DNA of 63,181 nucleotides from a virus (IMGVR_UViG_3300020042_009799:1-63181); one strand, 5' to 3'; shown: positions 46,830-56,045, counted from the first letter of the stretch. The notes: generated from the sequence alone by a model not told the origin. Numbers and translations are program-made.

Positions 46830-48176
46830 TCAGGCATCGTTGTGGATTTCGCGATCCTCGATGTGCATACGGAACTTGCGTGCCGGATCTGTCGCATAGA
46901 GGAACAACTTGTCCGCTTCTATCTCATCCTCCGCTTCGAGGAAGTAGTGTCGCACCTCAGTGATGCGGTACTTCAACTTCGGGGCAGGGGGTGGGGAAGG
47001 GGGTGGGGCTGGCGCAGGCGGAGGCATCGGCAACACCGGGCGAGCTGCCCGGGGTGTTGCGACAAACTGGGCGCGCCCTTCCTGTAGCAGGCGAGAGTGG
47101 ACGTCGCTCCAGTAATCGTGTCCCTCGGGAGACGAGCCCCAGCTGAAGCCACGACCCAGCGCATCCGTCGCGGAGGTCGCCGCGCCGTCACTTGGGTAGT
47201 GCCAGCTTTCGCGTTGGCTGGTCATGTGCCGAAGCGCCACCTCTGACTCAGGAATCGTGTGCAACCATTCCTCAATCGTGGTTGGCTGGATCTCTTCGAC
47301 CAGATCGAGGTCGAAGTTGTCCGGTGGATTCCACTCACCCCGCTCGGTGAATGTCCTCGTCGTCTCACCTATATCGGCTTCGAATCTGAACGTGCCTGTG
47401 TTGGCAGAGTCGCCGCTACAGCGCATGTATCCGGTTGTCTGCCCACCCCGAGTCAGGTATCGGTAACCCGGTCTGACGCGGAACTCGGTGGTAGGTGTCG
47501 GAGTAGCGGGCGCAGCTGGCGAGGTGAGCAGGTTGCCGTGTTCGTCGCAGAGGTCAGCTTCTCGATGCACCATGTCCGCCCGATCAAAACAGGAGGATCT
47601 CCAAGCGAGGTGGGGTTCCTCCCTCGTCTCACCGTTCCCCGATTCAGGCATCCGCCATACCCGATTCGTGACTCGGGATATGAAGTACAGGAACTCCGGG
47701 GGAGTGGTTACTGGTGCGGGTTCGGAAGCAGGTTCCGGGGTAAGTGATTCCTGAATCGTGGTGGGGAAGTACTCGGTGATACCATCCCGGCCCCAGCCAG
47801 ACTCGATCATGTCGTGGAGGTGCATGATCGAGTCCACCCATGTAATCCCACCATCGTCGGATCGCCAGCAATCGGTGCAGTCTTTCGGGTCCCCGGTTGC
47901 CCGAGTGCGGTAATGGATTCCGTTTCGGTGTCTGAAATATCGGTGGGAAGGGACCGGATCAGGTGTCGGCTCCTCGTCCGCGATCGGTGGGAGTTCGCCA
48001 AGTGACACGGCCCGCCAGAAGTCATGCCCCTCAGGGGAATCCTCCCAGACGAACCCGGAGACCAGCGAGTCGCGCAGGTCGGCGCATGTATTAACCAAGT
48101 CCCGGACTGAGCTGTTGTCGATCGCCCGCTCCGCGTAGGGAGCAGGTAGTGTTTCAAACCATTGTTGTCTTGTCAT
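46830..48176 (-). CDS. Mosaic multidomain hypothetical protein
   Basis: Probable start MTRQQW; two GF.W..SPEGHD(F/Y)W repeats; Pro-rich linkers. Confidence 0.7.
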   Translation of the reverse strand: MTRQQWFETLPAPYAERAIDNSSVRDLVNTCADLRDSLVSGFVWEDSPEGHDFWRAVSLGELPPIADEEPTPDPVPSHRYFRHRNGIHYRTRATGDPKDCTDCWRSDDGGITWVDSIMHLHDMIESGWGRDGITEYFPTTIQESLTPEPASEPAPVTTPPEFLYFISRVTNRVWRMPESGNGETREEPHLAWRSSCFDRADMVHREADLCDEHGNLLTSPAAPATPTPTTEFRVRPGYRYLTRGGQTTGYMRCSGDSANTGTFRFEADIGETTRTFTERGEWNPPDNFDLDLVEEIQPTTIEEWLHTIPESEVALRHMTSQRESWHYPSDGAATSATDALGRGFSWGSSPEGHDYWSDVHSRLLQEGRAQFVATPRAARPVLPMPPPAPAPPPSPPPAPKLKYRITEVRHYFLEAEDEIEADKLFLYATDPARKFRMHIEDREIHNDA

Positions 48177-48187
48177 TTTCGTAGGAG

Positions 48188-48418
48188 TTAGAGTTCGATG
48201 AGGGTGTGACGGGATTCGACAGGCGAGCCGCAAGCGGTGCCGTCTTGATTGTACCAAGCGTTGTTGTCGCCGAGGTAGGTGGTGATTCCACCGTAGCTGG
48301 ACGAGGTGACGATGGTTACCTGCTCGCCCTGACGGTTGCGATAGACGCGACCGAGGATGGGTGAGGCAGGGGTGGACTGGTCGAGTGTGACCGTTGCGAG
48401 TTGGCTGTTGGTTTTCAT
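48188..48418 (-). CDS. Hypothetical protein
   Basis: GRVYRNRQG..V.I motif; ATG abuts the palindrome. Confidence 0.65.
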   Translation of the reverse strand: MKTNSQLATVTLDQSTPASPILGRVYRNRQGEQVTIVTSSSYGGITTYLGDNNAWYNQDGTACGSPVESRHTLIEL

Positions 48419-48479
48419 TATTCGTTTTATCGGATAAGCCTGCTTCTGCCGCAGGCGAGGGCATCAGTCGATGGGAAGG

Positions 48480-48725
48480 TCAGGGTTCGGAATTAGCCAG
48501 CAAGGCGAGAGCCGCCCGGATGGCATTCACACCGGTCACGACGCGGGGTTCGTAGTCGTCAGGGTCCCCATCCAACTGAGTGAGTGCCTCGTTGGAGCTG
48601 TCATAGCCCGCCTCGTCAGTGGTGTGGCGGATATACTCGACCAGCCCGGAAATGATTTCCAGTGGGGTGAGGTTGCCTGCTTCTGCCGCAGGCGTGGCTT
48701 CTTTTGGTTTGCAGTGTTGGCACAT
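48480..48725 (-). CDS. Hypothetical protein
   Basis: Probable start MCQHCK. Confidence 0.55.
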   Translation of the reverse strand: MCQHCKPKEATPAAEAGNLTPLEIISGLVEYIRHTTDEAGYDSSNEALTQLDGDPDDYEPRVVTGVNAIRAALALLANSEP

Positions 48726-48909
48726 TGTCTTAGTGGATTGCGAGTAGAATATACAGGGTGACAAGCATCGCAAGGGCGAAGACCCCGGCGACCAGAGATT
48801 CCCGAATCCGGAATCCCGCTGCCATGAAAGCGGCAGGGGTTCCGAGAAGGGCGCAGGCGATTGCGGTTTCGATCATGTAGTTCACGTTATTCGTTTTTCC
48901 GGATAAGGG

Positions 48910-49197
48910 TTAATAGACGCGGGTGAGGTTTTCGGGACGCTCCCAGAGCTTGCCGTTGAGGTAGAGCTTGCCCTTCTCCTTGCGGACAAGGACTCCGGGG
49001 ATGGCGTTGAGACGGTTGCGCGTGGTCGCCGTGTTCCAGTTGCCCACCGTCACCAGCAGGCAGTTGGGTTTCTTCAAGGCGATGGTCGTGTCGTAGAGCA
49101 CGAGGCAAGTTCCGGATGGCAAGGCAAGCACTGAGGTCTTGCCTTGCTTGAATGGCCGCCCCTGCATGAGGGCGCTGGCGGCGAGTTGATCTATCAT
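48910..49197 (-). CDS. Conserved-looking hypothetical phage protein
   Basis: LYDTTIA, GNWNTATTRNRLNA. Confidence 0.7.
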   Translation of the reverse strand: MIDQLAASALMQGRPFKQGKTSVLALPSGTCLVLYDTTIALKKPNCLLVTVGNWNTATTRNRLNAIPGVLVRKEKGKLYLNGKLWERPENLTRVY

Positions 49198-49342
49198 GGT
49201 TTGATGATGGCTGGTTTGTAGAGAACCACATCCCGCCCGAGAACCGGGCAAGGTGTGGCGAGTTTGGGGAGAGCCTTGCGCGAGGCAAGGTAACGGATTG
49301 CGGCGTCAATGGACGCTTGTTGTGGGTTCATGGTTCAGGCTT

Positions 49343-49651
49343 TCAGTTACTGGGAACAACTTCTGCGAAAGGCAAGACTCGGATGTCCGCGCCCCTCCAC
49401 TTGGCGTCGTGCGTATACGTATCCGCCCGCCACCGCATGACTTCCGCTCGGGTATCGGCATGCTTTTTCTTCTTGAACACAGCAGCGCGGGCGATGTCCG
49501 GATGCACTACAATGGTTCCTCCGTAGGGTCGGAACTTGGTGCGTGTAATAAACCCGCCGTTGACGGCGATAACGTAGTTTTCTTCTGCCTCTAGGGGTAT
49601 CTTCTCGCCTGACTTTAGGCGTTCAATAAGTGTGGTGCTGTTTGTATTCAT
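49343..49651 (-). CDS. Hypothetical protein
   Basis: ORF with A/C-rich leader. Confidence 0.6.
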   Translation of the reverse strand: MNTNSTTLIERLKSGEKIPLEAEENYVIAVNGGFITRTKFRPYGGTIVVHPDIARAAVFKKKKHADTRAEVMRWRADTYTHDAKWRGADIRVLPFAEVVPSN

Positions 49652-49716
49652 TTCAGTGTTGGTTTGGTTTGGTTTGGTTATCCGGAAAAACGAATAAGGA
49701 TTCAGAGTTCGGTCCC

Positions 49717-50067
49717 CTAGCCTGCTTGGATGCCGTCGCCTGCTTTGATGCCGTAGCCTGCTTTGATGCCGTAGCCTGCTTCGATGCCCAAGCCTGCTTC
49801 AATGCCCCCGCCTGCTTCGATGCCGTAGCCTGCTTTGATGCCGTAGCCTGGTTGGATGCCGTAGCCTGCTTCGATGCCGTCGCCTGCTTTGATGCCGGAG
49901 CCTGCGTGAGCATGGATAAAGCCTTTCGCGGATAATGAACCCGCAAATCGGACGCCCCCTAGATCAGGGGCGATGTCGATGTTTCCGTCAAAGTTATCGA
50001 CGGGGGTTGCTCCGATGTAAAGGTTGTTGGAGTTAAGGTCTGCCTTGGTGATGAATAGTGTTTTCAT
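49717..50067 (-). CDS. Hexapeptide-repeat (xGIxAG) protein
   Basis: Ten 18-bp units encoding (S/D/Y/G/L)GI(K/E/Q)AG. Confidence 0.7.
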   Translation of the reverse strand: MKTLFITKADLNSNNLYIGATPVDNFDGNIDIAPDLGGVRFAGSLSAKGFIHAHAGSGIKAGDGIEAGYGIQPGYGIKAGYGIEAGGGIEAGLGIEAGYGIKAGYGIKAGDGIQAG

Positions 50068-50148
50068 TTGGATAAAGATACCCCGCGTTTCTGCTGCTAT
50101 GGGCGATGGCTTCTGTTAGTGAAAGTGGAATCCCTTATCCGTTTTGCC

Positions 50149-50204
50149 GGATAAGGGATCAGGGATAAGGGATAAGGGATAAGGGATAAGGGATAAGGGA
50201 TAAG
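50149..50204. repeat. Heptamer tandem array (GGATAAG)x8
   Basis: Seven perfect units plus one GGATCAG, intergenic. Confidence 0.95.
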
Positions 50205-50206
50205 GG

Positions 50207-50533
50207 TTACAGTTCGGCGAGGCGGGCGCGGAGTTTATTGATATCCGCGCGATAACTGGACAAGGCGCGCCGGGAATTGGCGATGCACTCCTTGGCGTTC
50301 GTGATGCCGCTCTTGTTACTTTCGATCTCGTCGCGGATAGCCTCCGCCTCCGTAAGAAACCACGAGTCTACGCCGCAGCGAATGCACCGGGTAGGCTTGA
50401 GGTCATCGCGGACAAGCCATGTCGGGGTGCTCGCGCCTTCGACTATGGACTCCTCGATGAAGGTTGCGGTTTGAAGTCCACCCCAGAAACGATAAAGTTT
50501 CTGGCCTTTGACTGGTGATGGTTTTGATTTCAT
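50207..50533 (-). CDS. Hypothetical protein with C-terminal coiled coil
   Basis: Probable start MKSKPS. Confidence 0.6.
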   Translation of the reverse strand: MKSKPSPVKGQKLYRFWGGLQTATFIEESIVEGASTPTWLVRDDLKPTRCIRCGVDSWFLTEAEAIRDEIESNKSGITNAKECIANSRRALSSYRADINKLRARLAEL

Positions 50534-50598
50534 GGTATTAGATAACGATTCAGGAATAAGAAAACCCTTATCCGTTTTACTGGATAAGGGATGAGGGT

Positions 50599-50799
50599 TC
50601 ATGGATACTGGATGATACCAGTGGCCGGGACATTGATTGAACGCTGGATCATACGCCATGAGGTGACGTCGCCAGCGGTGAAGTCTACACGCCAAGACCG
50701 GAACTTGCGATTCCGGGATATGCAGTTGGTAGGGGTGAGGGCGATCACGGTCGCCAAGCGGGAACCGTGGATGAATGTTTCGTTGAGTGCGTATTTCAT
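50599..50799 (-). CDS. Hypothetical protein
   Basis: Probable start MKYALN abutting a palindrome copy. Confidence 0.5.
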   Translation of the reverse strand: MKYALNETFIHGSRLATVIALTPTNCISRNRKFRSWRVDFTAGDVTSWRMIQRSINVPATGIIQYP

Positions 50800-50921
50800 A
50801 TTCGGTTTTCCGGATAAGGGATTCGGGGATAGGGATTCGGGATAAGTGATTCGGGAATCGTGATGCAGGAAAAGGGCAAGGCTTATTCGTTTTTCCGGAT
50901 AAGCCTTGCCTTGTTGAATCC

Positions 50922-51371
50922 TCACTTGCGAAGCGTGGCAATCATTACTTTCAAGGCATCGCGGGAAACATTATTGGCAAGCGCCACTTTCTCGATTGCT
51001 GCAAGATGTTCATCAGAGAACTTTATCTCCTTCTTTGTCCGCCCGGTTTTAGGCGCGCTCTTCCGAATGATGAAATCCTCAGAGACATGATGGCGAAGGA
51101 GGTCACTGATATAGCTACGGGAGTAACCACCCTGCTCCCCGGCAGCAAGGGCGGCATCCCGGAACTCGATCACGGCTTTACGCTTCACGCTACCATCCTC
51201 CGCGAAGTAAGACCAATGGTCTTCGCCGCCGTCCACAGATTCAAGGAATCCGTGCCACGCATTCTGCAAGGTAACGTATAACTTGTTCTCTTCGCGGTCA
51301 ATGATCGCGAGGCTTGTGTTCATGGCCTTTGCAAGTGTAGCGACAAGGGCGGAGTTCAATTCGTTTTTCAT
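50922..51371 (-). CDS. Hypothetical protein, first gene of the leftward block
   Basis: Probable start MKNELN after an A-rich leader. Confidence 0.65.
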   Translation of the reverse strand: MKNELNSALVATLAKAMNTSLAIIDREENKLYVTLQNAWHGFLESVDGGEDHWSYFAEDGSVKRKAVIEFRDAALAAGEQGGYSRSYISDLLRHHVSEDFIIRKSAPKTGRTKKEIKFSDEHLAAIEKVALANNVSRDALKVMIATLRK

Positions 51372-52027
51372 GGTCTTTGTTTTCTTTTGTTTATTTGTTA
51401 AATGGCAAGGCGTCGCCTTCCATATAGGAGGGAGGGACGGGGGGTATGTGAACCACGAATCACGATTCACTTATCCGGGAAAGCGGATAGCGTTGACCCT
51501 GATACGGGATACGTGATTCATGGTTCATGGTGAGGGGCGGCGGTGGGTAGTAGACTTTTTCTGCTGCGCTGTGTTGTGTTGTGTATATAGCTTGCAAAAA
51601 ATTTCTCTGAATTTGGCGGATAAATTTATGGGTATGATTTGCTCAATAACGCGGCAAAAATCTTGAGCGGCATCTGGCTCAGGCGAGGTCGGTAGGCGAG
51701 CATGAAAACGGGGCGAATTTGACCCCGAAACGGGGGTCCCGAGACGCGAAAAATGACCCGTTTTTGCGCCTGTTTTGACCCCTATTTCGCCGGTTTCTAT
51801 TGTCCTACGTGGGACATTTAGAATGTAGATATCTGTTAAATGGAAAGTTATTCGTGGTAAGTTATTCATGGCTAGTGTTGCGGAAATAATCGCGGACTCA
51901 GATATAAGTGCGCAACGGATTATTCGGCCAACACGCCTCTCTAACAGAAAAGGTATTTTTGTCACAGGCGAGAGGGTGCCCGAGGGCGGGTAAACCGCGC
52001 AACCCGTAGCAAAAGCAAAAGCTAGCA

Positions 52028-52147
52028 GAGCATTATTTTCCCGACACTACACGCTGTTCCCTAAAAAGAATAAGAGACTACGCACATGTGTACACGTACA
52101 TGTAATCTTTTTCCTTCCTCTATTGTAGTGTCGGGAAAATAATGCTC
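52028..52147. repeat. Copy 2 of inverted-repeat-bounded element
   Basis: Perfect 24-bp arms GAGCATTATTTTCCCGACACTACA / TGTAGTGTCGGGAAAATAATGCTC around a 72-bp core. Confidence 0.9.
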
Positions 52148-52161
52148 ACTTCACTTTCTTC

Positions 52162-52196
52162 TTGACGGCGGGGCGGTCTTCGGCTACCTTTCCGCC
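52162..52196 (+). promoter_or_regulatory. sigma70-like promoter, leaderless
   Basis: TTGACG-17-TACCTT-6-ATG(52197). Confidence 0.65.
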
Positions 52197-53090
52197 ATGT
52201 TCGAAATCGTAACCGCGCCAGCCGTCGCTCAGGGCACCCCGTCAGACCAGACCTTCGCCCTCCCCGAGTTCCCCGCCCACCGCTTCACCGAATCAGGAAT
52301 CCCGATTCGGGTTTCAGTTCCCAAGCGTGGGATTCGCCCACCCCTCGGTGAGGAGAAGCCCATCCGCGTCGAAGGCGACAAGGAGTGGTATCGCCTGCCC
52401 CACGTCAGCGGAGCCAGCCGCGTAGTCTCCCGGCACGGGATTCGTGAAAAGTTGTTCGGGTTCGGTAACGACTCCGAGTTCCTGTACGAGATCGCAGAGT
52501 TCCCCAACAACCTCTTCGACATCGGGGGCAGCGCCTACCGCCGCAGCAACCGAAAGCCGATCTCCTTCATCGAAACCCACCTCATGGGCGAGAAGCGATA
52601 TCGCCTGTGGGACGCGAAGCGCGGCAGGTACCGGGGCATCTCCAACGTCACCCTCGCCCGCTACCTCAAGGGCAAGTGCGCGTTGGACTATGCCTACCTT
52701 CCGGAGGACTACAAGGCCGTTGACCAGTTTCCGGGATACGGGTTTCATCCTTCTGGCGACTCCGTGGTGCGCTACTTCTCCTTCTCCCAAAACATCTCCG
52801 CCCCCCGCGAACTGAAGTTCAGCAACGACTGGAGCGTGGTCATCACCGACATCGACGGGCACAAGCATCGCCTCAACAAGCGCCAGATCGCCGAGCTTGC
52901 AGGCAACGAAAACAGCGACTACGCCCCGGAACCCGAGCCCATCTCCGTCTGCCCCGCCCAGTTCACTCGCTCCACCGATCCGCGTGATCTTCTCCTGCCC
53001 CAGCATGTCGCCCAGTATGACGCCGAGCAGGCCCGCAAAGCAGAGCAAAATTCCAGTGTCGCCCCAGTATGGCCTCCACACCTTCGCTGA
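52197..53090 (+). CDS. Hypothetical protein
   Basis: 297 aa; weak internal repeats (IAEFPN, VDQFPGY) reminiscent of NUMOD4-like units. Confidence 0.7.
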   Translation: MFEIVTAPAVAQGTPSDQTFALPEFPAHRFTESGIPIRVSVPKRGIRPPLGEEKPIRVEGDKEWYRLPHVSGASRVVSRHGIREKLFGFGNDSEFLYEIAEFPNNLFDIGGSAYRRSNRKPISFIETHLMGEKRYRLWDAKRGRYRGISNVTLARYLKGKCALDYAYLPEDYKAVDQFPGYGFHPSGDSVVRYFSFSQNISAPRELKFSNDWSVVITDIDGHKHRLNKRQIAELAGNENSDYAPEPEPISVCPAQFTRSTDPRDLLLPQHVAQYDAEQARKAEQNSSVAPVWPPHLR

Positions 53091-53179
53091 CCCCATTTTG
53101 GCACTATGTGCCACCCCACCCCCAAAAACGCGCTACAGACCCCTTCTAGGCCCAGCAAACGGCATCCCAGCAACTTACC

Positions 53180-53386
53180 ATGAACCCCGAATCACTTACC
53201 CCGTTCCACGACCTTGTTTCCCGATTCCCTTTCGGGACTCTCGTCTCCAAGAAAATCAACTCCCACACCAAGGGAATCGTCTATGGCTACTGCCTTCGCC
53301 AAACCGGGGCAATGCTGGAAATCTCTTGGAGCGATAACACCAGCCAGTACCACCACGACTTCGAACTCAAGAAACTCCCGAACTAA
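53180..53386 (+). CDS. Hypothetical protein
   Basis: SH3-like beta pattern; coupled to the next gene. Confidence 0.6.
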   Translation: MNPESLTPFHDLVSRFPFGTLVSKKINSHTKGIVYGYCLRQTGAMLEISWSDNTSQYHHDFELKKLPN

Positions 53387-53730
53387 TGGCCACCTACCAC
53401 CATCGCCGGTACCAAATCCGAATCGAAAAGCGATCTCTTTGGGAGACCTTCAAACGCTTCTGCTACTACGGCTCTTGGCAGCCCGAGGTCACGCACATCG
53501 ACGAGGTCCTGCCCGGAACCCCCGAGTACGACACAGCCGAACTTGAAGAGACTTTTGTGATGGCCCCGTACACCGGGAAAGTCGCTTGGATCAACCCGAT
53601 ACCCTTTATCCCGAACCATGAACCCCTACCTCTTCGCCCTACTTTTCCCGATCGCCCTGCAACTGGTGATCATCGCAGCCTTGGAAGTCCACCTTCTCTG
53701 GTCCACCCGTCCCTGAAAAATGATTCCTGA
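53386..53730 (+). CDS. Hypothetical protein
   Basis: TAATG coupling. Confidence 0.55.
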   Translation: MATYHHRRYQIRIEKRSLWETFKRFCYYGSWQPEVTHIDEVLPGTPEYDTAELEETFVMAPYTGKVAWINPIPFIPNHEPLPLRPTFPDRPATGDHRSLGSPPSLVHPSLKNDS

Positions 53731-53781
53731 TTCGTGATTCAGGCTTGCATTGAAGCGGCTTATCCCCCGATACTTCGCCCG

Positions 53782-56007
53782 ATGTCAATGACCGGCTTGA
53801 ACGAACTCGAACTCCTGAACCTCGACGAGAAGGGCAAGCCCCCTGTCGAGTCTCGCCTCAAGGATGCCGCGTCAGCTGTCGCCATTTACGGAACCCTCAA
53901 GAAAGCCGATGAGCGTTCCTCCATCAACCGGGCTCGCGTCCAAGCCGTCTTCGACGGAGCCCCGCCTTACGACCCCGGCCTTCTGCGCTCTACTGGCCAA
54001 GGACAGCGCACCAACCTGAACTTCGGCGAGGCTGGGCGCTACCTCGATGTCGCCGTCTCTGGCTACGTGGACCTGATCAACGCGGTCCAAACCCTCGTCA
54101 ACGTGACGAGCACCGTCGGCGAAGAAGCCGATAAGATGCACGACGAGACCGTGATCGCCGAGGAGATCAGCCGCTCGCTCCGCGACTGGCCCGAGTTCCA
54201 CACCAGCTACCTTCGCCTCGTCAACGAGTTCATCATGCACGGAGTGGGCATCACCTACTTCGAGAACACGCAGGACTGGCGCTTCCGCGTCTGCGGTTTC
54301 GGCGATTGCCTCATCCCCCGCCAAACCGTCGCCAGCGAGGCCAGCGTTGAAGTCGCCGTCTTCCGGCGCAACTACATGCTCCACGAGCTGTACGCCTTCA
54401 TCTCCGACGCGGCGAAGGCGACCACCCTTGGCTGGAACGTCGCCGAGGTCAAGCGCGCCATGCTCACCGCCTCGACAGGCAGCACGGTCGGAGACACCTT
54501 CGGCGAGTGGGAGCGCCTCGAATCGCAGCTCAAAAACAACGACCTCTACAACGGGATTCAAGCCACCTCGGTCCCAATCCTGCACGTCCTCGTCCGCGAG
54601 TTCAAGGGTACGGTCAGCCACTTCATCGTCACCGAAGTCTCGCCAAAGGACTTCATGTTCAAGGCGGTGGAACGCTTCGAAAGTCCGGAGCAAGCCTTCG
54701 TTTTCTTCACCAATGGAGTAGGCACCAACGGCACCTACCACAGCGTTCGCGGACTGGGCCAGAAGATTTTCCCTCACGTCCAAGTCAGCAACCGCCTCCG
54801 CAGCCAAGCCGTGGACGGGGCGATGCTCGCCTCCTCGGTGATGATCCAGCCCGACAGCCAGCGCGCTCTCGACGAGCTGAGCCTCACCTACTACGGCCCC
54901 TACACGGTCCTCTCGCCGAACATCCAGCTCGTCGAGAAGGCGATGCCGAACATCGGCCAAGCCGTCATCCCCGTCATCAACGATGTGGCGGAGCAGATGT
55001 CCCAAAACTTGGACTTCTTCACGACCCGTGGAGCAGCTTCGGGTTCCCCTTACCGCAGCAAGCTACAGGTCGAAGCCGAGCTGGAAGCAGCCACCCGCCT
55101 CACCGCGAGCAACCTGAACCTTTTCTATTCGAGCTGGAGACGCCTCCTTCGCGAGATCGTCAAGCGCCTGATCAACGGACCCAAGAGTGATGCCGCAGTG
55201 CGCGACTTCTTCGCCCGCTGCGAGACCCGCGGGGTCCCAGAGGGAGTCATCAAGGCGATCGACTTTGCATCTACCACCGCAGTTAAGGCAATCGGTTCCG
55301 GTAACGCCTCTGCGCGCTCAGCTGCCCTCAATGACCTTGAGCAGCTGATGCCACTTTTCGATGAGACTGGGCGGAAAAACCTTGTATTCGACAGGGTTGC
55401 GGCCCGTGTGGGTTATGACAGCGCCGCCCGCTATGCGAGCCCCGCAGAGGTCGCCCGCCCCAACAGCGAGACCAAGACCGCCGAACTGGAGAATGCCATC
55501 ATGGAGATGGGCCGGGCGATTACCGTCCAGCCTACCGAGATGCACGAGACCCATCTTCAGGTCCAGCTCCCGCTGCTCCAGCAGTTCATGGCTGCCCTCG
55601 AAGCCGGGCAAGCAGACCCAATGCAGGTGCTCCCCGTCATGCAGCTCCTCACCGACCACTGCGGCGCACACACCGAGTTCCTTTCCTCCGATCCTTCCGC
55701 CCAGTCCTTCGCCGCCGGAGCCCGCGAGGTCATGGCGAACGCAGGCATGGTCCTCAACAACCTCCTTCGCCAGCAGCAGAAGGAACAGCGCGAAGCCCCG
55801 GTGGCAGAAGGCGCAGCACCAGCTCAGGAGGACCCGAAGATCCAGCAGCAGCTTCTCAAGAATCAGGAACTCCAACTTCGCATGCAGCTCCTCCAGCAGC
55901 AGGCTGACTCCAAGGAACGCCGCGAGGAAATGAAGTTCCAACAGGCTCTCGCCCTCAAGGATGCCACTGCCGCAGCTGCGATGCAGAGCGGAAATTCTTC
56001 GCTTTAA
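53782..56007 (+). CDS. Portal protein
   Basis: About 740 aa preceding scaffold and capsid; HGVG, HSVRGLG, Q-rich helical barrel at C-terminus. Confidence 0.75.
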   Translation: MSMTGLNELELLNLDEKGKPPVESRLKDAASAVAIYGTLKKADERSSINRARVQAVFDGAPPYDPGLLRSTGQGQRTNLNFGEAGRYLDVAVSGYVDLINAVQTLVNVTSTVGEEADKMHDETVIAEEISRSLRDWPEFHTSYLRLVNEFIMHGVGITYFENTQDWRFRVCGFGDCLIPRQTVASEASVEVAVFRRNYMLHELYAFISDAAKATTLGWNVAEVKRAMLTASTGSTVGDTFGEWERLESQLKNNDLYNGIQATSVPILHVLVREFKGTVSHFIVTEVSPKDFMFKAVERFESPEQAFVFFTNGVGTNGTYHSVRGLGQKIFPHVQVSNRLRSQAVDGAMLASSVMIQPDSQRALDELSLTYYGPYTVLSPNIQLVEKAMPNIGQAVIPVINDVAEQMSQNLDFFTTRGAASGSPYRSKLQVEAELEAATRLTASNLNLFYSSWRRLLREIVKRLINGPKSDAAVRDFFARCETRGVPEGVIKAIDFASTTAVKAIGSGNASARSAALNDLEQLMPLFDETGRKNLVFDRVAARVGYDSAARYASPAEVARPNSETKTAELENAIMEMGRAITVQPTEMHETHLQVQLPLLQQFMAALEAGQADPMQVLPVMQLLTDHCGAHTEFLSSDPSAQSFAAGAREVMANAGMVLNNLLRQQQKEQREAPVAEGAAPAQEDPKIQQQLLKNQELQLRMQLLQQQADSKERREEMKFQQALALKDATAAAAMQSGNSSL

Positions 56008-56045
56008 CCTTGAATCTCTATGCCCTATTCGGGTAATGTCCATTC

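Noticed and set aside
49653-49946. Alternative-frame ASKQAT and DAVACF repeat ORFs
   Set aside because: Open only because of the 18-bp repeat; the GIxAG frame has a proper start and N-terminal domain
49720-50204. CRISPR array
   Set aside because: Repeats are contiguous with no unique spacers; the Cas4-like gene is a standalone replication-module nuclease
52045-52130. CACTA-family transposon (CACTACA ends)
   Set aside because: No transposase, the element family is eukaryotic, and complementarity extends outside the CACTA motif
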